The position numbers were made by a program, and so were the translations under genes. This document shows positions 20,036-29,791 of a stretch of DNA of 64,000 nt, piece after piece (position 1 is the first letter of the stretch; the number at the start of each line of letters is the position of its first letter). Under the pieces are notes generated by a model. It saw only the letters and a list, made by a program, of their open reading frames with translations. It had not been told where the DNA came from and did no database searches. Source of the stretch: an uncultured Bacilli bacterium (GTDB lineage: Bacteria; Bacillota_I; Bacilli_A; RF39; UBA660); NCBI GenBank assembly GCA_934098385.1, contig CAKOOJ010000001.1, positions 210,685 through 274,684 on the forward strand, read 5' to 3'.

Positions 20036-20989
20036 TTAGTTAAGTTGAGATTTTATTTTTTCTGTATTTTTAAAATTTAATTTTGCTATATCACTAAGTT
20101 TATTAAATCCATATTTTTTTACTATTTCAATCCCTTGTTTATCTACATCAAATCCAGCACCTTTATATAAAGGAATATGTAATTCATCACTTAATTTATC
20201 CATTTCTTTTAAAAATATATATCTTGATATTATACTAGATGTTGCAACAGATAAACATTTATCCTCTGCATGAGTAGTAAATGTTATATTAGTTACTTTA
20301 TCTCTTACCTCTTTTATATGTTCATAATATTTTGTAGGATAACAAAATTGATCTACTACTATCAGTTTATAATCATAATTATCTTTATTAGTTAGTCCAT
20401 ATAATACTTTATTATGTAGTATTGCTTTTACTTTATTCATATTAGTTATACCGTTTTTATTGTAATCTTTTGGACTTAATATATAAGTTACATGTGGTAT
20501 TCTTTTTATAATAATAGGAGCTATCTTTAATATTTTTTCATCAGTTAATTTTTTAGAATCTTTAATACCTAATTCTTCAAGCATAAACTTATCTTTTATA
20601 TCTACATAACTTGCTGTTACAACAATTGGTCCAAAATAATCACCTGTGCCTACTTCATCAGAACCTATTGTAGAAATATATTTAAATCTATCATCTTTTA
20701 AATCATTCTTTTTATCATCTTTCTTTTTTAAATCTTTAGCTATCTCTGTAGAAATATTTCTATTATTAAGCAATCTTTCTCTTTCTATCCAATATGATGC
20801 TTCAATATCAGCACCTATACCTTGAAACATAATTTTTCCAGATTCATATAATGTAGTTACACAATCAAAATCCTTTACTTGAAATACACTATATGGAGGC
20901 TTTTTATCAACCACTCTATCTTGATAAAATTCTATTATTTCTTTTCTTAAATTTGGACTTATTTTAAATACTATAGTTGTTTGTGCCAT
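20036..20989 (-). CDS. rnhC: ribonuclease HIII
   Basis: Catalytic DEVGTGDYFGP motif with an N-terminal TBP-like substrate-binding domain. Confidence 0.85.
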   Translation of the reverse strand: MAQTTIVFKISPNLRKEIIEFYQDRVVDKKPPYSVFQVKDFDCVTTLYESGKIMFQGIGADIEASYWIERERLLNNRNISTEIAKDLKKKDDKKNDLKDDRFKYISTIGSDEVGTGDYFGPIVVTASYVDIKDKFMLEELGIKDSKKLTDEKILKIAPIIIKRIPHVTYILSPKDYNKNGITNMNKVKAILHNKVLYGLTNKDNYDYKLIVVDQFCYPTKYYEHIKEVRDKVTNITFTTHAEDKCLSVATSSIISRYIFLKEMDKLSDELHIPLYKGAGFDVDKQGIEIVKKYGFNKLSDIAKLNFKNTEKIKSQLN

Positions 20990-21074
20990 TATTTCACTTC
21001 CTTAACAAATATTATATCAAATATTTCTTTCTTTTTCATTAACAATATAATATAATTTTATTAGGAGGATAGAA

Positions 21075-21782
21075 ATGAATATAGTAGATTTTATTATAAT
21101 TATTATTTTAGTACTATGTGCACTAAATGGATTTAAACAAGGTATGTTACCAAGTATAATTAATTTTATTGGAACCTTCTTAATATTTATAATAGCATTT
21201 TATTTAAAACAACCCATATCTACTTTAATGTATGAAAACTTACCATTTTTAAACTTTGCAGGTATATTTAAAGGTATAATTGGTGTAAATATACTATTTT
21301 ATGAAGTTATTGCATATGGTTTAACAATACTTATATTAAGTATTATATTTGGTATAGTAAAAAAAATTAGTGTTGTATTCAATAAATTTTTAAATGCCAC
21401 TATTATATTAACAATACCAAATAAAATTATTGGTGCAATAATTGGTATCATGGAAGGTATATTATTTGCTTTCATATTATTATGTATTGGAAGTGCAGTT
21501 AATACTACAACTAAATATGTTAATGAAAGTAAATATGGTAGTATTATTTTAAATAAAGTACCTATAATAAGTAATGTAACTAGTAATTTAACAAATAGTT
21601 TTGATGAAGTATATAACACAATCATAAATAATAAAAATGATACTAAAAAAGCAAATTTAGAAACTATTGATATTTTAATGAAATATGATATATTAAGTTA
21701 TGAAAGTGCTAATAAATTAGTTCAAGACAATAAATTAAATATTGATGGTGTAAATAATATTATTGAAAAATATAGGAGTTAA
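21075..21782 (+). CDS. cvpA: CvpA-family membrane protein
   Basis: MNIVDFIIIIILVLCALNGFKQG and a multi-TM layout. It sits downstream of rnhC as in Bacillus. Confidence 0.75.
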   Translation: MNIVDFIIIIILVLCALNGFKQGMLPSIINFIGTFLIFIIAFYLKQPISTLMYENLPFLNFAGIFKGIIGVNILFYEVIAYGLTILILSIIFGIVKKISVVFNKFLNATIILTIPNKIIGAIIGIMEGILFAFILLCIGSAVNTTTKYVNESKYGSIILNKVPIISNVTSNLTNSFDEVYNTIINNKNDTKKANLETIDILMKYDILSYESANKLVQDNKLNIDGVNNIIEKYRS

Positions 21783-22077
21783 TATGATAAAATATTTAGA
21801 AAAAGAAAATTTAAATGATTTAATTGGAAATGAAATTACATTAGTTGACTTTTATGCAGATTGGTGTGGTCCTTGTAAAATGCTTGGAAGTGTTTTAGAA
21901 AATATGGATCTTAATGTAATAAAAATTAATACTGACAAATTTCCAGAACTTGCACAAAAATTTGGTGTTATGAGTATACCAACCATTGTAATATATAAAA
22001 ATAAAAAAGAAGTTAGTAAGTTCATAGGATTTAAAAGTAAAGAAGAAATAAAAGAAATTATACAAAATTTAACATAA
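21763..22077 (+). CDS. trxA: thioredoxin
   Basis: WCGPCK active site. The true start is probably the MIKYLEK Met at ~21784, 8 nt after the SD-like AGGAG. Confidence 0.9.
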   Translation: MKNIGVNMIKYLEKENLNDLIGNEITLVDFYADWCGPCKMLGSVLENMDLNVIKINTDKFPELAQKFGVMSIPTIVIYKNKKEVSKFIGFKSKEEIKEIIQNLT

Positions 22078-22162
22078 AAGTTAATAAAATTAATAAAAAT
22101 GTAGTAAAAATGCTTGAATTTACTACATTTTTATTATATAATTTTTGTTGTAACCGAGTTAT

Positions 22163-22239
22163 GTCTGCGTAGCTCAGCTGGATAGAGCAATCGCCTTCTA
22201 AGCGATCGGTCAGGCGTTCGAGTCGCCTCGCGGACACCA
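22163..22239 (+). tRNA. tRNA-Arg (anticodon TCT)
   Basis: GTCTGCGTAGCTCAGCTGGATAGAGCAATCGCCTTCTAAGCGATCGGTCAGGCGTTCGAGTCGCCTCGCGGACACCA. It has a cloverleaf, anticodon loop CTTCTAA, and a 3' CCA. Confidence 0.85.
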
Positions 22240-22246
22240 CTTTGTT

Positions 22247-22302
22247 TATTAACTACTCATTGAGTAGTTTTTTTATATAAAAAAACAATGTCATTCGACA
22301 TT
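22247..22302. terminator. back-to-back terminator hairpins: AACTACTCA ttg AGTAGTT plus a T-run for the + strand, and AACAATGTC…GACATTGTT for the - strand gene
   Basis: Both inverted repeats with flanking T and A runs were read directly. Confidence 0.5.
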
Positions 22303-22303
22303 G

Positions 22304-23614
22304 TTATATATTAAGTACTTCTATACTAGAATTATCATTTGGTTTAGAATTTACATTATTCTTCTTTTTCCTATTTGATTTAATAATTATTAACACAATT
22401 AACATTATTATTAAAAGTCCTAAAACCCCTAACCCAATATATAATATTAAATTAGATTTTTCTTTAGTTATAGTAATACTATATGTTGTAGTTATATCAT
22501 CATCTCCAGTAAGATTTATTTTTATCACACTACCATCTTTTAAATTTTCATTATTTAAAACAATAGGTTTTATATCACTTTCCTCACTTACAGGAGTTAT
22601 TTCTAATTTATTTATATCACTAGATATAGTTAATTTATAATCAAAAGTAGATTTATTAAAATTAATATTATATCCACCAATTACCAAACTTTTTAAATAG
22701 TGTTTATTATCTATCTTTTCACCTTTTTTTAATCTAGTAACTTTTAAATTATATTCATTTGTTTTATTATCACTTGTAGTTAATTTAATTACTATATTAT
22801 TTTCTCCAACAGCCAAATTTTCATTTCCAGTAATTTCTATATTAATACCATCTTCACTAGTAGCATCAATACTCAAATTCTCGACATCATATAAAACTTT
22901 AAAACTATATTCTGTTTTCTTTATACTGAATGTACCAAATTTTATTTCTTCATTAGTATCCTTATCTTTTATTTTTAATGATTTTAATAATATTGTCTTA
23001 TCACTACTTGAAGATGTATTTTTAGCATTACAAGCATAATATGTTATATCTTTTTCTATTTTTACTTGACCAATACTTCCCTCTTTACAAGTACTCGCAG
23101 TACCCCATCCATTAAAACCTTCTGTATCTAGTTTTGGAAGTGTAATATTACAGTAAGAACTACCAGTAGCTATCTTACAACTTTCTTTTGTTGGTTTACT
23201 ACCATTATTTGGATCAAGAGTTATAAATACTTCTTTTATATTTGAATCTTTTGTAGTAGTTGTTTCCTTAGTAGTAGTTGGAGGTATATAAGCTTGATTT
23301 TTAATTGTTAATGTTGCACTAGACGTACCATCACTTACTATAACATAACCTTTTTCAAAATCAGAATCAAACTTTAAACTTTTATTTGGAGTTATAGTAG
23401 CAGTTTTATTACCATCATTTTCTTGTATTTCATAATTAAAATAATCTTTATAATCACTATTATTATAAGTAAACGTTAACTTATCTCCTTTTATTTCAGA
23501 ACAAGGAAAATTACCAATACTAGTTACATCTATATCTTTATTGTAACATTCTAAAGCATTTACTCTTATAAATGGAATAAATAAAAACATAAATAATATT
23601 AATTTCTTTTTCAT
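22304..23614 (-). CDS. secreted, membrane-anchored surface protein
   Basis: Signal peptide MKKKLILFMFLFIPFIRVNA, a T/S/N-rich beta-type ectodomain, and a C-terminal TM anchor with a basic tail (IIKSNRKKKNN). No LPXTG motif. Confidence 0.55.
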   Translation of the reverse strand: MKKKLILFMFLFIPFIRVNALECYNKDIDVTSIGNFPCSEIKGDKLTFTYNNSDYKDYFNYEIQENDGNKTATITPNKSLKFDSDFEKGYVIVSDGTSSATLTIKNQAYIPPTTTKETTTTKDSNIKEVFITLDPNNGSKPTKESCKIATGSSYCNITLPKLDTEGFNGWGTASTCKEGSIGQVKIEKDITYYACNAKNTSSSSDKTILLKSLKIKDKDTNEEIKFGTFSIKKTEYSFKVLYDVENLSIDATSEDGINIEITGNENLAVGENNIVIKLTTSDNKTNEYNLKVTRLKKGEKIDNKHYLKSLVIGGYNINFNKSTFDYKLTISSDINKLEITPVSEESDIKPIVLNNENLKDGSVIKINLTGDDDITTTYSITITKEKSNLILYIGLGVLGLLIIMLIVLIIIKSNRKKKNNVNSKPNDNSSIEVLNI

Positions 23615-23710
23615 AATTACCCTCTATTCTTTATAAATAAATGATAACACATATCAAAAAAAAAATAAACAATAAATTGTCTATTTTCATAAACTATATT
23701 AGGTGATACT

Positions 23711-23899
23711 ATGTGTAATAATAATAACAATTTTTTTAGAGGTTTCTTTAGTATATTCTGGGTATTAATATTATCTTGTTTAATTTTTTATCAAACTATT
23801 ATAACATTAATATTACCATTTAGATTTAATGTACTTATCTTACTTATCGAAGTTGGTTTGTTATTCTTTATACTATTTAGAATAATATGGCCTAATTAA
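23711..23899 (+). CDS. possible small two-TM membrane protein of 62 aa
   Basis: An AGGTGA precedes the ATG. It is strongly hydrophobic and lies convergent with the CotS-like gene. Could be spurious. Confidence 0.25.
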   Translation: MCNNNNNFFRGFFSIFWVLILSCLIFYQTIITLILPFRFNVLILLIEVGLLFFILFRIIWPN

Positions 23900-24754
23900 G
23901 TTTTCAGTTTTATATATATAATCTAAGTATTTTCTAACAATACTTATATTTTTTAATTCATTATTAGTTAAATTAATTTCATCTGGCATAACTAACATTA
24001 TAAATAATAGTTTTTTTTCATTTTCATTTAATGGAAACTTTTCCATATATACCTTAAGCGGATTTGAAAAATCCATAGTTAAATAAACATTCTTATATAA
24101 TTTAACAATATCTAGTATTGGACTATCTATTATATAATTATCCCAACTTATTAAATATTCATTTTCATTTTTAATATAATGATCCAATTCTAAATTATTA
24201 TGTACTATTGATACCCTCATTTTATTTGTATCAATACTTATCTTATACCATTCTTCTATTTCATTCTTTAAAAAAGTAAGTGATGAAAATATTTTACTGG
24301 AATTAATTAATATTAAATTACCAGATGGACTAACAAATACATTATCCTCTATTTCATATATTATTTTATTTAAATATTCCTCTAAATACTCTACTCTACC
24401 TAATAATTCTTCATATATTTCTTTTATTTTATCATTAGTTATTTCTTTGTAGTAGCTAGTCTTACTATGTAATAAACTAATTAAATTTATTAAATCTATT
24501 AATTTTTGTTCATTATCAATACTATTATCTTCTACATATTCAAATACATTAACTTCATCTCTATTATCTTCTATAAGTTTTGGATAATATTTAAAACTTC
24601 TACTATTTAAATATTTATATAATTCTTTTATATCTTTATTTTTTTTATTTTTTATAACATAATTACCACTCGTACAATTAAATATTTTAGTATTTCCTTT
24701 TACACTAACTTTATATGGTTTATAAATTTTTGTTAGTATATCTATACTATTCAT
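23873..24754 (-). CDS. CotS-family (spore coat, kinase-like fold) protein with a degenerate catalytic motif
   Basis: VHNNLELDHYI…YLISWDNYIIDSPILDIVKLY parallels the HGDxxxxN…DFD region of the CotS/APH fold, but with substitutions. It overlaps the upstream LysM gene by 8 nt, which suggests an operon. Confidence 0.45.
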   Translation of the reverse strand: MNSIDILTKIYKPYKVSVKGNTKIFNCTSGNYVIKNKKNKDIKELYKYLNSRSFKYYPKLIEDNRDEVNVFEYVEDNSIDNEQKLIDLINLISLLHSKTSYYKEITNDKIKEIYEELLGRVEYLEEYLNKIIYEIEDNVFVSPSGNLILINSSKIFSSLTFLKNEIEEWYKISIDTNKMRVSIVHNNLELDHYIKNENEYLISWDNYIIDSPILDIVKLYKNVYLTMDFSNPLKVYMEKFPLNENEKKLLFIMLVMPDEINLTNNELKNISIVRKYLDYIYKTENLIRPYYSK

Positions 24755-25562
24755 AACTAGGTATTATAATCTTATCTCCAATGTTCAAATTATTTAAATC
24801 ATTATATTCTTTTAAATCATCTATAGTCGTATGATATTTTATAACTATACTTTCTAAAGTTTCATTTTCATGTAATTTATATACTTTATATGTTATAAAT
24901 TTATCATTATTATTATTTATAGAATTAATTATATCATCAGATTTTATATTATCTCTATTACTTTCTTCTATTTCTATATTTTTAGAATCTATATCATTTT
25001 CTTCCATATTTTTTTCAATTAACCTAGTATCTTCTAATGATAATTCTTGCTTTTTATCAATCAATTCTTTTTCTTCTATTTTATCAATTGATTTTCTCTC
25101 TTCTTCTTTTTTTTCTTCATTATCAATTCTATCTTTTATATCTTTAACTCTAGTATCAATTACTTCTACTTCTCTTTTACTCAAAAATTCATCTAAGCTT
25201 TCTTCATTATCAAATAATAATACGCTTTTCTTATCTCCAGATATTTCATAATCTATATTAACTATTAATTCATCTTTTTTATAATCATATATAAAATTAG
25301 TTATATCTACGCTTATACTCTCTGTATCAATATCATTTTCTAATTCATAATCAAATGGTATTTTAAAATTAAATTTTTCTTTATTAATAGATACTTCGTG
25401 TATTTTATATTCTCCATCTATTATAAAATTACCAACTATTTTATTTCCTTCTACTTTATAATTACGATCTAATGAAATACTAGTAATATCTTTTATATTG
25501 TTTTTAAATAATAATTCTTTTTCTATATGTTTATTTTCTTTCATATAACACATTCCTTTCAT
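24747..25562 (-). CDS. acidic LysM-domain protein, possibly spore-coat or cortex associated
   Basis: C-terminal LysM domain (YKVYKLHENETLESIVIKYHTTIDDLKEYNDLN…IGDKIIIP) and a D/E-rich middle region. Confidence 0.65.
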   Translation of the reverse strand: MKGMCYMKENKHIEKELLFKNNIKDITSISLDRNYKVEGNKIVGNFIIDGEYKIHEVSINKEKFNFKIPFDYELENDIDTESISVDITNFIYDYKKDELIVNIDYEISGDKKSVLLFDNEESLDEFLSKREVEVIDTRVKDIKDRIDNEEKKEEERKSIDKIEEKELIDKKQELSLEDTRLIEKNMEENDIDSKNIEIEESNRDNIKSDDIINSINNNNDKFITYKVYKLHENETLESIVIKYHTTIDDLKEYNDLNNLNIGDKIIIPSYE

Positions 25563-25577
25563 AAAATTATATGATAA

Positions 25578-25610
25578 CTAAAAAAAATTAGACTTTAATC
25601 TAATTTATTA
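25578..25610 (-). terminator. rho-independent terminator after the MTAN–GNAT gene
   Basis: Minus strand: AAATTAGA ttaaag TCTAATTT followed by TTTTTTT. Confidence 0.5.
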
Positions 25611-25708
25611 TTATATTTTATTTATTAATAAATATAGTTCATTGTATTTTTCTGGCATTTCTGCCACTTTTTTACAATGAGTTGTGTATATAATATTATA
25701 TTTATACA

Positions 25709-26944
25709 TCATATTTTTTTATTATATAAATCTTTAGTATATTCTAATGTAATATATCTTTCATTATTATTAAATCTTTTTATATAATAATCTTCTTTTA
25801 TATCTTTAAATCCTATATTTGTAAATATTTTTAATACTTTAGTATTTTTATAAGGTATAGAACATGATAAACTATTTAAATTATAATCATCAAATGCTTT
25901 TTTTAAGAGCATTTGTAATGCTTCAGAACCATATCCATTATTTCTATATTTATATTCTATAATAACACCACATGTATGTTTTAATTTCAGCTCATCAAAA
26001 TGAAAATTAACATAACCTACAGGTTTATTATCATTCTTACTTATTACATAAGCAAAAAATCTATTCTTATCAAGAATTTGTTTTTTATACCATTTTTCTT
26101 TATCAAAAGTTTTTACACATCCAGTTTCATATTCATAGCCATCTAAATTTATATCATAACCAGCATTATATTCCATAGTTTTAGGATCTAATAAAATATT
26201 TTTATAATAATCAAGTTCTTCAAATTTAGGCGTATATAAATATACATTAGCTTCTTGACGAGACATTTTACTTAAATACAGAAAAATTTCACTAACTAAT
26301 TTTGTTACGAATTCACTTGATTTATATGCTGCTATATCTTCAAAATATTCTCCACCATTTGCCATATCACTTATAGTTCTAATTGATATAAATGGAATAC
26401 TATTTAATGCACAAGTATGAGCAATAGAAGCACTTTCCATATCAACACAACACGCACCAGTATTTAATAATATTTCCAATTTTAACTTTTCATCTTGCAC
26501 AAAACTATCTCCACTACACATCGGTGCAAAATAAGCATTAGTTATATTCATTTCTTTTACCACTTTTTTTGCAATATCAACCAATGTATTATTTGCTTCT
26601 ATTTTACCCCTATTTGGTACATAAGATTCCATAATAGTTTTAGGCATAAAATCATGATACGTAACATAATTAGATATAATTATATCCATCACTTTCAATT
26701 TGTTGTTAATACCACCTGCAACACCAGAATTTATTATTGCATCAGTATTATATTTATCAATAATATATTGTGTCATAGCAGCACTATTGACTTTTCCAAC
26801 TCCACTCATTGCAACTACGATTTTTTTATCATTTAACTCACTAACATAAATATCTTTATTCATTTTATCTTTTTTTAAATTATAAAAAGTTATTAATTTA
26901 TCTATTTCATTTTGCATTGCTCCAATAATTCCTATTGTTGTCAT
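25709..26944 (-). CDS. mtnN: fusion protein: N-terminal MTA/SAH nucleosidase (MtnN/Pfs, ~230 aa) plus C-terminal GNAT N-acetyltransferase (~170 aa)
   Basis: The N-terminus reads IGIIGAMQNE…VVAMSGVGKVNSAAMTQ…VDMESASIAHTC (MTAN motifs). The C-terminus carries the GNAT motif A (…VIIEYKYRNNGYGSEALQMLLKKAF). Confidence 0.75.
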   Translation of the reverse strand: MTTIGIIGAMQNEIDKLITFYNLKKDKMNKDIYVSELNDKKIVVAMSGVGKVNSAAMTQYIIDKYNTDAIINSGVAGGINNKLKVMDIIISNYVTYHDFMPKTIMESYVPNRGKIEANNTLVDIAKKVVKEMNITNAYFAPMCSGDSFVQDEKLKLEILLNTGACCVDMESASIAHTCALNSIPFISIRTISDMANGGEYFEDIAAYKSSEFVTKLVSEIFLYLSKMSRQEANVYLYTPKFEELDYYKNILLDPKTMEYNAGYDINLDGYEYETGCVKTFDKEKWYKKQILDKNRFFAYVISKNDNKPVGYVNFHFDELKLKHTCGVIIEYKYRNNGYGSEALQMLLKKAFDDYNLNSLSCSIPYKNTKVLKIFTNIGFKDIKEDYYIKRFNNNERYITLEYTKDLYNKKI

Positions 26945-27000
26945 ATATCCACTTCCCTATAATAATATTTTAACATAAATAGAAAAAAAGACCAATAGGT

Positions 27001-27555
27001 CTAGTAAGCATAAACTCCATGTATTTTTTCTAATTGTTCATTTGATAAATCATTTACTTCCCATTTACCATCAACCTTAGTAAGTTGGAAATCAATTGTA
27101 TAATCAACTGTTTTATTTACGTCTTTTAATTTTTTTAGTTTATAATCTGTAAATAAAGATTTATCATATACATCATTTTTCTTAAATTCATCTTGATGAT
27201 CATTTAAATAATCATTTGCTTCTTTTTCAGCATTATAATAGTCATATACAGTTATTTGTGCTGTTACAGTAGCATTATCTCCATCTATTTTTTCTTCTTT
27301 TATTTCATATTTCATATCTTTAAATTGTTTTAAATAGATGTCTTTATACTCTTTTGCTTGATCATCAGTTAATTCAGAAGAATTTATATAATCATCTAAC
27401 TCTACTACAATCTCTTCATCATTCGTATTATATTTAGATAATAATCTTTCTACTGAACTAGTAGGTGTATTTCCTAAACTACACGCAGTTGTTAATAATA
27501 CAATCAAGCATATTGCTAAAAAAGTAAATTTTTTCTTCATGGTATTCCTCCTCAA
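27001..27555 (-). CDS. lipoprotein, hypothetical
   Basis: Signal peptide with lipobox LLTTAC↓S. An acidic mature domain. Confidence 0.6.
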   Translation of the reverse strand: MRRNTMKKKFTFLAICLIVLLTTACSLGNTPTSSVERLLSKYNTNDEEIVVELDDYINSSELTDDQAKEYKDIYLKQFKDMKYEIKEEKIDGDNATVTAQITVYDYYNAEKEANDYLNDHQDEFKKNDVYDKSLFTDYKLKKLKDVNKTVDYTIDFQLTKVDGKWEVNDLSNEQLEKIHGVYAY

Positions 27556-27589
27556 TATTATTATGTTTAGATTATATTATTTTATACAA

Positions 27590-27622
27590 AAAAAGCATAT
27601 TATCTATGCTATTATCTATGCT
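27590..27622 (-). terminator. terminator hairpin after the 719-aa secreted-protein gene; it includes a tandem 12-mer ATTATCTATGCT x2
   Basis: AAGCAT…ATGCTT stem, followed on the minus strand by TTTTTT. Confidence 0.45.
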
Positions 27623-27625
27623 TAA

Positions 27626-29785
27626 TTATTTTATATATTCCAATTCAACACTACTAGGACTAATTTTCGTAGTAATATTCACATAATTATAACCATCATT
27701 ATAATTTAAATTTAATAAATCAATTTTTTCTATTTCTTCATTTTTTAATACATAATAATATTTAACAGGATTTCCATTAATCGATTTTGTTTTAGACCAA
27801 TCATTCATTAATGTAGCACTTTGACTAGATGTAATAATATTATCTACTGCTTGATTTATATATCCTCCTGTATCAATGTGAAAATAACCATGATTTCCTC
27901 TATAAGCTTTAGCATAATTATCCAAAAAATAATTAGACAATTGCGAAGTGTTCAAAACATTAGTTGTTCCAATATACAATCTATAACCAAAATTTTTGAC
28001 TCTATTCCAATGAGACCAAACATAATCCTTATTTTCCAAAATAAATTGTCCTACTTTTCTTATTACTTCTCCATTTTTATAATCAATATAATCCGCATAA
28101 TCACCAATTTTTCTTAAAGGTTCATTTAAATAAACATTTGTTTTTACAATAGAATATGGAATATATTCTGGCACTTTATTTACATAATCACCTTTTATTA
28201 ACATCGGAGTAATTTTTACATTTTCAAACACTGTACCTGCCTTTACATATAATCTTATAATATTTTTATCAACAGGCAAACTAACTTTTACTCCACTACC
28301 ATAATCACTATATCCATTTTGCGTTTGTAAATAATAAGTAGAACTAGAACCCCCTTTACATCCACATAAAGTAAATGTTGAATTTTCTGTAGAACTAAAG
28401 CCATTATTTGTACTTATTACATATGGAACAGAATTTACAGCAGTTCCATTTATAGTTATTATACCTTCATTATCAACATTAAAAGTTAATCCATTATGTT
28501 TATATCCATCATATATACCAAAATTTTTAGGATTTAAAAAATTTTGACTTTGTATAGAAATTGGTATTTTATATTTCCCAGCATGATCTCCATCTGTTTC
28601 CAAATCTCCTACACTTTCTACTTCACTAGGTATTTCCGGTGACGGAGTTACACCATATGTTTCATATTCTGTTGCTTTAGATCCTTCTTCAATTTGAATA
28701 TTATTTACATTTATAGTTGTATAATCCGTCGTTTCAGATATTTGTACGTTAAAGAATAATGATATTTTTTTTGTTTCATCAATATTATCATAATTATTTT
28801 CCACATCAAAAGTTATTGACTGTTTACCAGAATTTTTTATTGTCGCATTTTTTATATCCACCCACGTTCCATTTGAATTCCAGTATCCAACTCGCATTAA
28901 CGTATCTGCCGTATAATCACTAGAAGTAAAATCTAATGATAAAGTATAAGTAGTCGTTTCAGTCGGCAAAACTATTATAGGAACATAAAAATAATTATTA
29001 TAACCAGACGTTTTTTGTTGAGACTTTGCATTAAATCCATTATCATTTTTTGTTACAGTTACTCGTTGTGATTTTGCCACAGAACTAGTAAAATCAAATA
29101 AATTTTTACCACTTCTAACTTCTTGTACACTATTCCCATATATTCTATAATTACTAATTAATTTTGGATTATTTAATTCTATATCTTCAATTCCCTTATT
29201 ATTTGTTAAGGTATTACTAGTACTCTTTAAATCATTTATTATTATATTTCCACTTAATTCTTTATTCATATCAATACTTTGATCTGTATTTGTTTCTATA
29301 AACTCTACTTTTAATTCATAATTATGTACTTCTCCTACTTCAATATCATTCATAGTTAATATTGCATTATTAGTTGGATACGATATCTCCGTTCCTAAAC
29401 ATTTATTACCTTTATCACTTGTACAAGTTAACGATAGTTTAACATCATTTCTATTTTGAAAGGTATTTACCACATCATCTAAATATATCGTATAATTTAT
29501 TACTTTTTTATCTCCTGTATTTTCTACACTAAAAGTTTTAGTAGATATTAGCTCACCCGGAATTATATTTTTTGCTTCAATTAGTCCATTTCCATCATCG
29601 TATGTCAGTTCTAATTTTGCTAATGAAACTGTAACCGACTTATCATTCATATTTCCTTTTATTTTTGTAGAATAATAACCATAAGTTAATCCTATTAGTA
29701 CTAAACATACTAATATTATTCCTGTTATACTTACTATTATTCTATGTTTTCTATTCATACTTCTCCTCCTTCTTATCACACACAA
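27626..29785 (-). CDS. large secreted protein with a SipW-cognate (TasA/camelysin-class) signal peptide and a shared N-terminal domain (paralog A)
   Basis: The N-terminus MNRKHRIIVSITGIILVCLVLIGLTYGYYSTKIKGN…SVTVSLAKLEL fits the GGTxAyFsD…TL.L pattern of SipW-dependent proteins. A conserved block ETNTDQSIDMNK is shared with the paralog at 61466..63073. An RBS AAGGAGGAG precedes the start. Confidence 0.65.
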   Translation of the reverse strand: MCVIRRRRSMNRKHRIIVSITGIILVCLVLIGLTYGYYSTKIKGNMNDKSVTVSLAKLELTYDDGNGLIEAKNIIPGELISTKTFSVENTGDKKVINYTIYLDDVVNTFQNRNDVKLSLTCTSDKGNKCLGTEISYPTNNAILTMNDIEVGEVHNYELKVEFIETNTDQSIDMNKELSGNIIINDLKSTSNTLTNNKGIEDIELNNPKLISNYRIYGNSVQEVRSGKNLFDFTSSVAKSQRVTVTKNDNGFNAKSQQKTSGYNNYFYVPIIVLPTETTTYTLSLDFTSSDYTADTLMRVGYWNSNGTWVDIKNATIKNSGKQSITFDVENNYDNIDETKKISLFFNVQISETTDYTTINVNNIQIEEGSKATEYETYGVTPSPEIPSEVESVGDLETDGDHAGKYKIPISIQSQNFLNPKNFGIYDGYKHNGLTFNVDNEGIITINGTAVNSVPYVISTNNGFSSTENSTFTLCGCKGGSSSTYYLQTQNGYSDYGSGVKVSLPVDKNIIRLYVKAGTVFENVKITPMLIKGDYVNKVPEYIPYSIVKTNVYLNEPLRKIGDYADYIDYKNGEVIRKVGQFILENKDYVWSHWNRVKNFGYRLYIGTTNVLNTSQLSNYFLDNYAKAYRGNHGYFHIDTGGYINQAVDNIITSSQSATLMNDWSKTKSINGNPVKYYYVLKNEEIEKIDLLNLNYNDGYNYVNITTKISPSSVELEYIK

Positions 29786-29791
29786 AAAAGA

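Noticed and set aside
22058-22240. 60-aa - strand ORF
   Set aside because: It is entirely antisense to tRNA-Arg(TCT) and its terminator, so it is an artefact.
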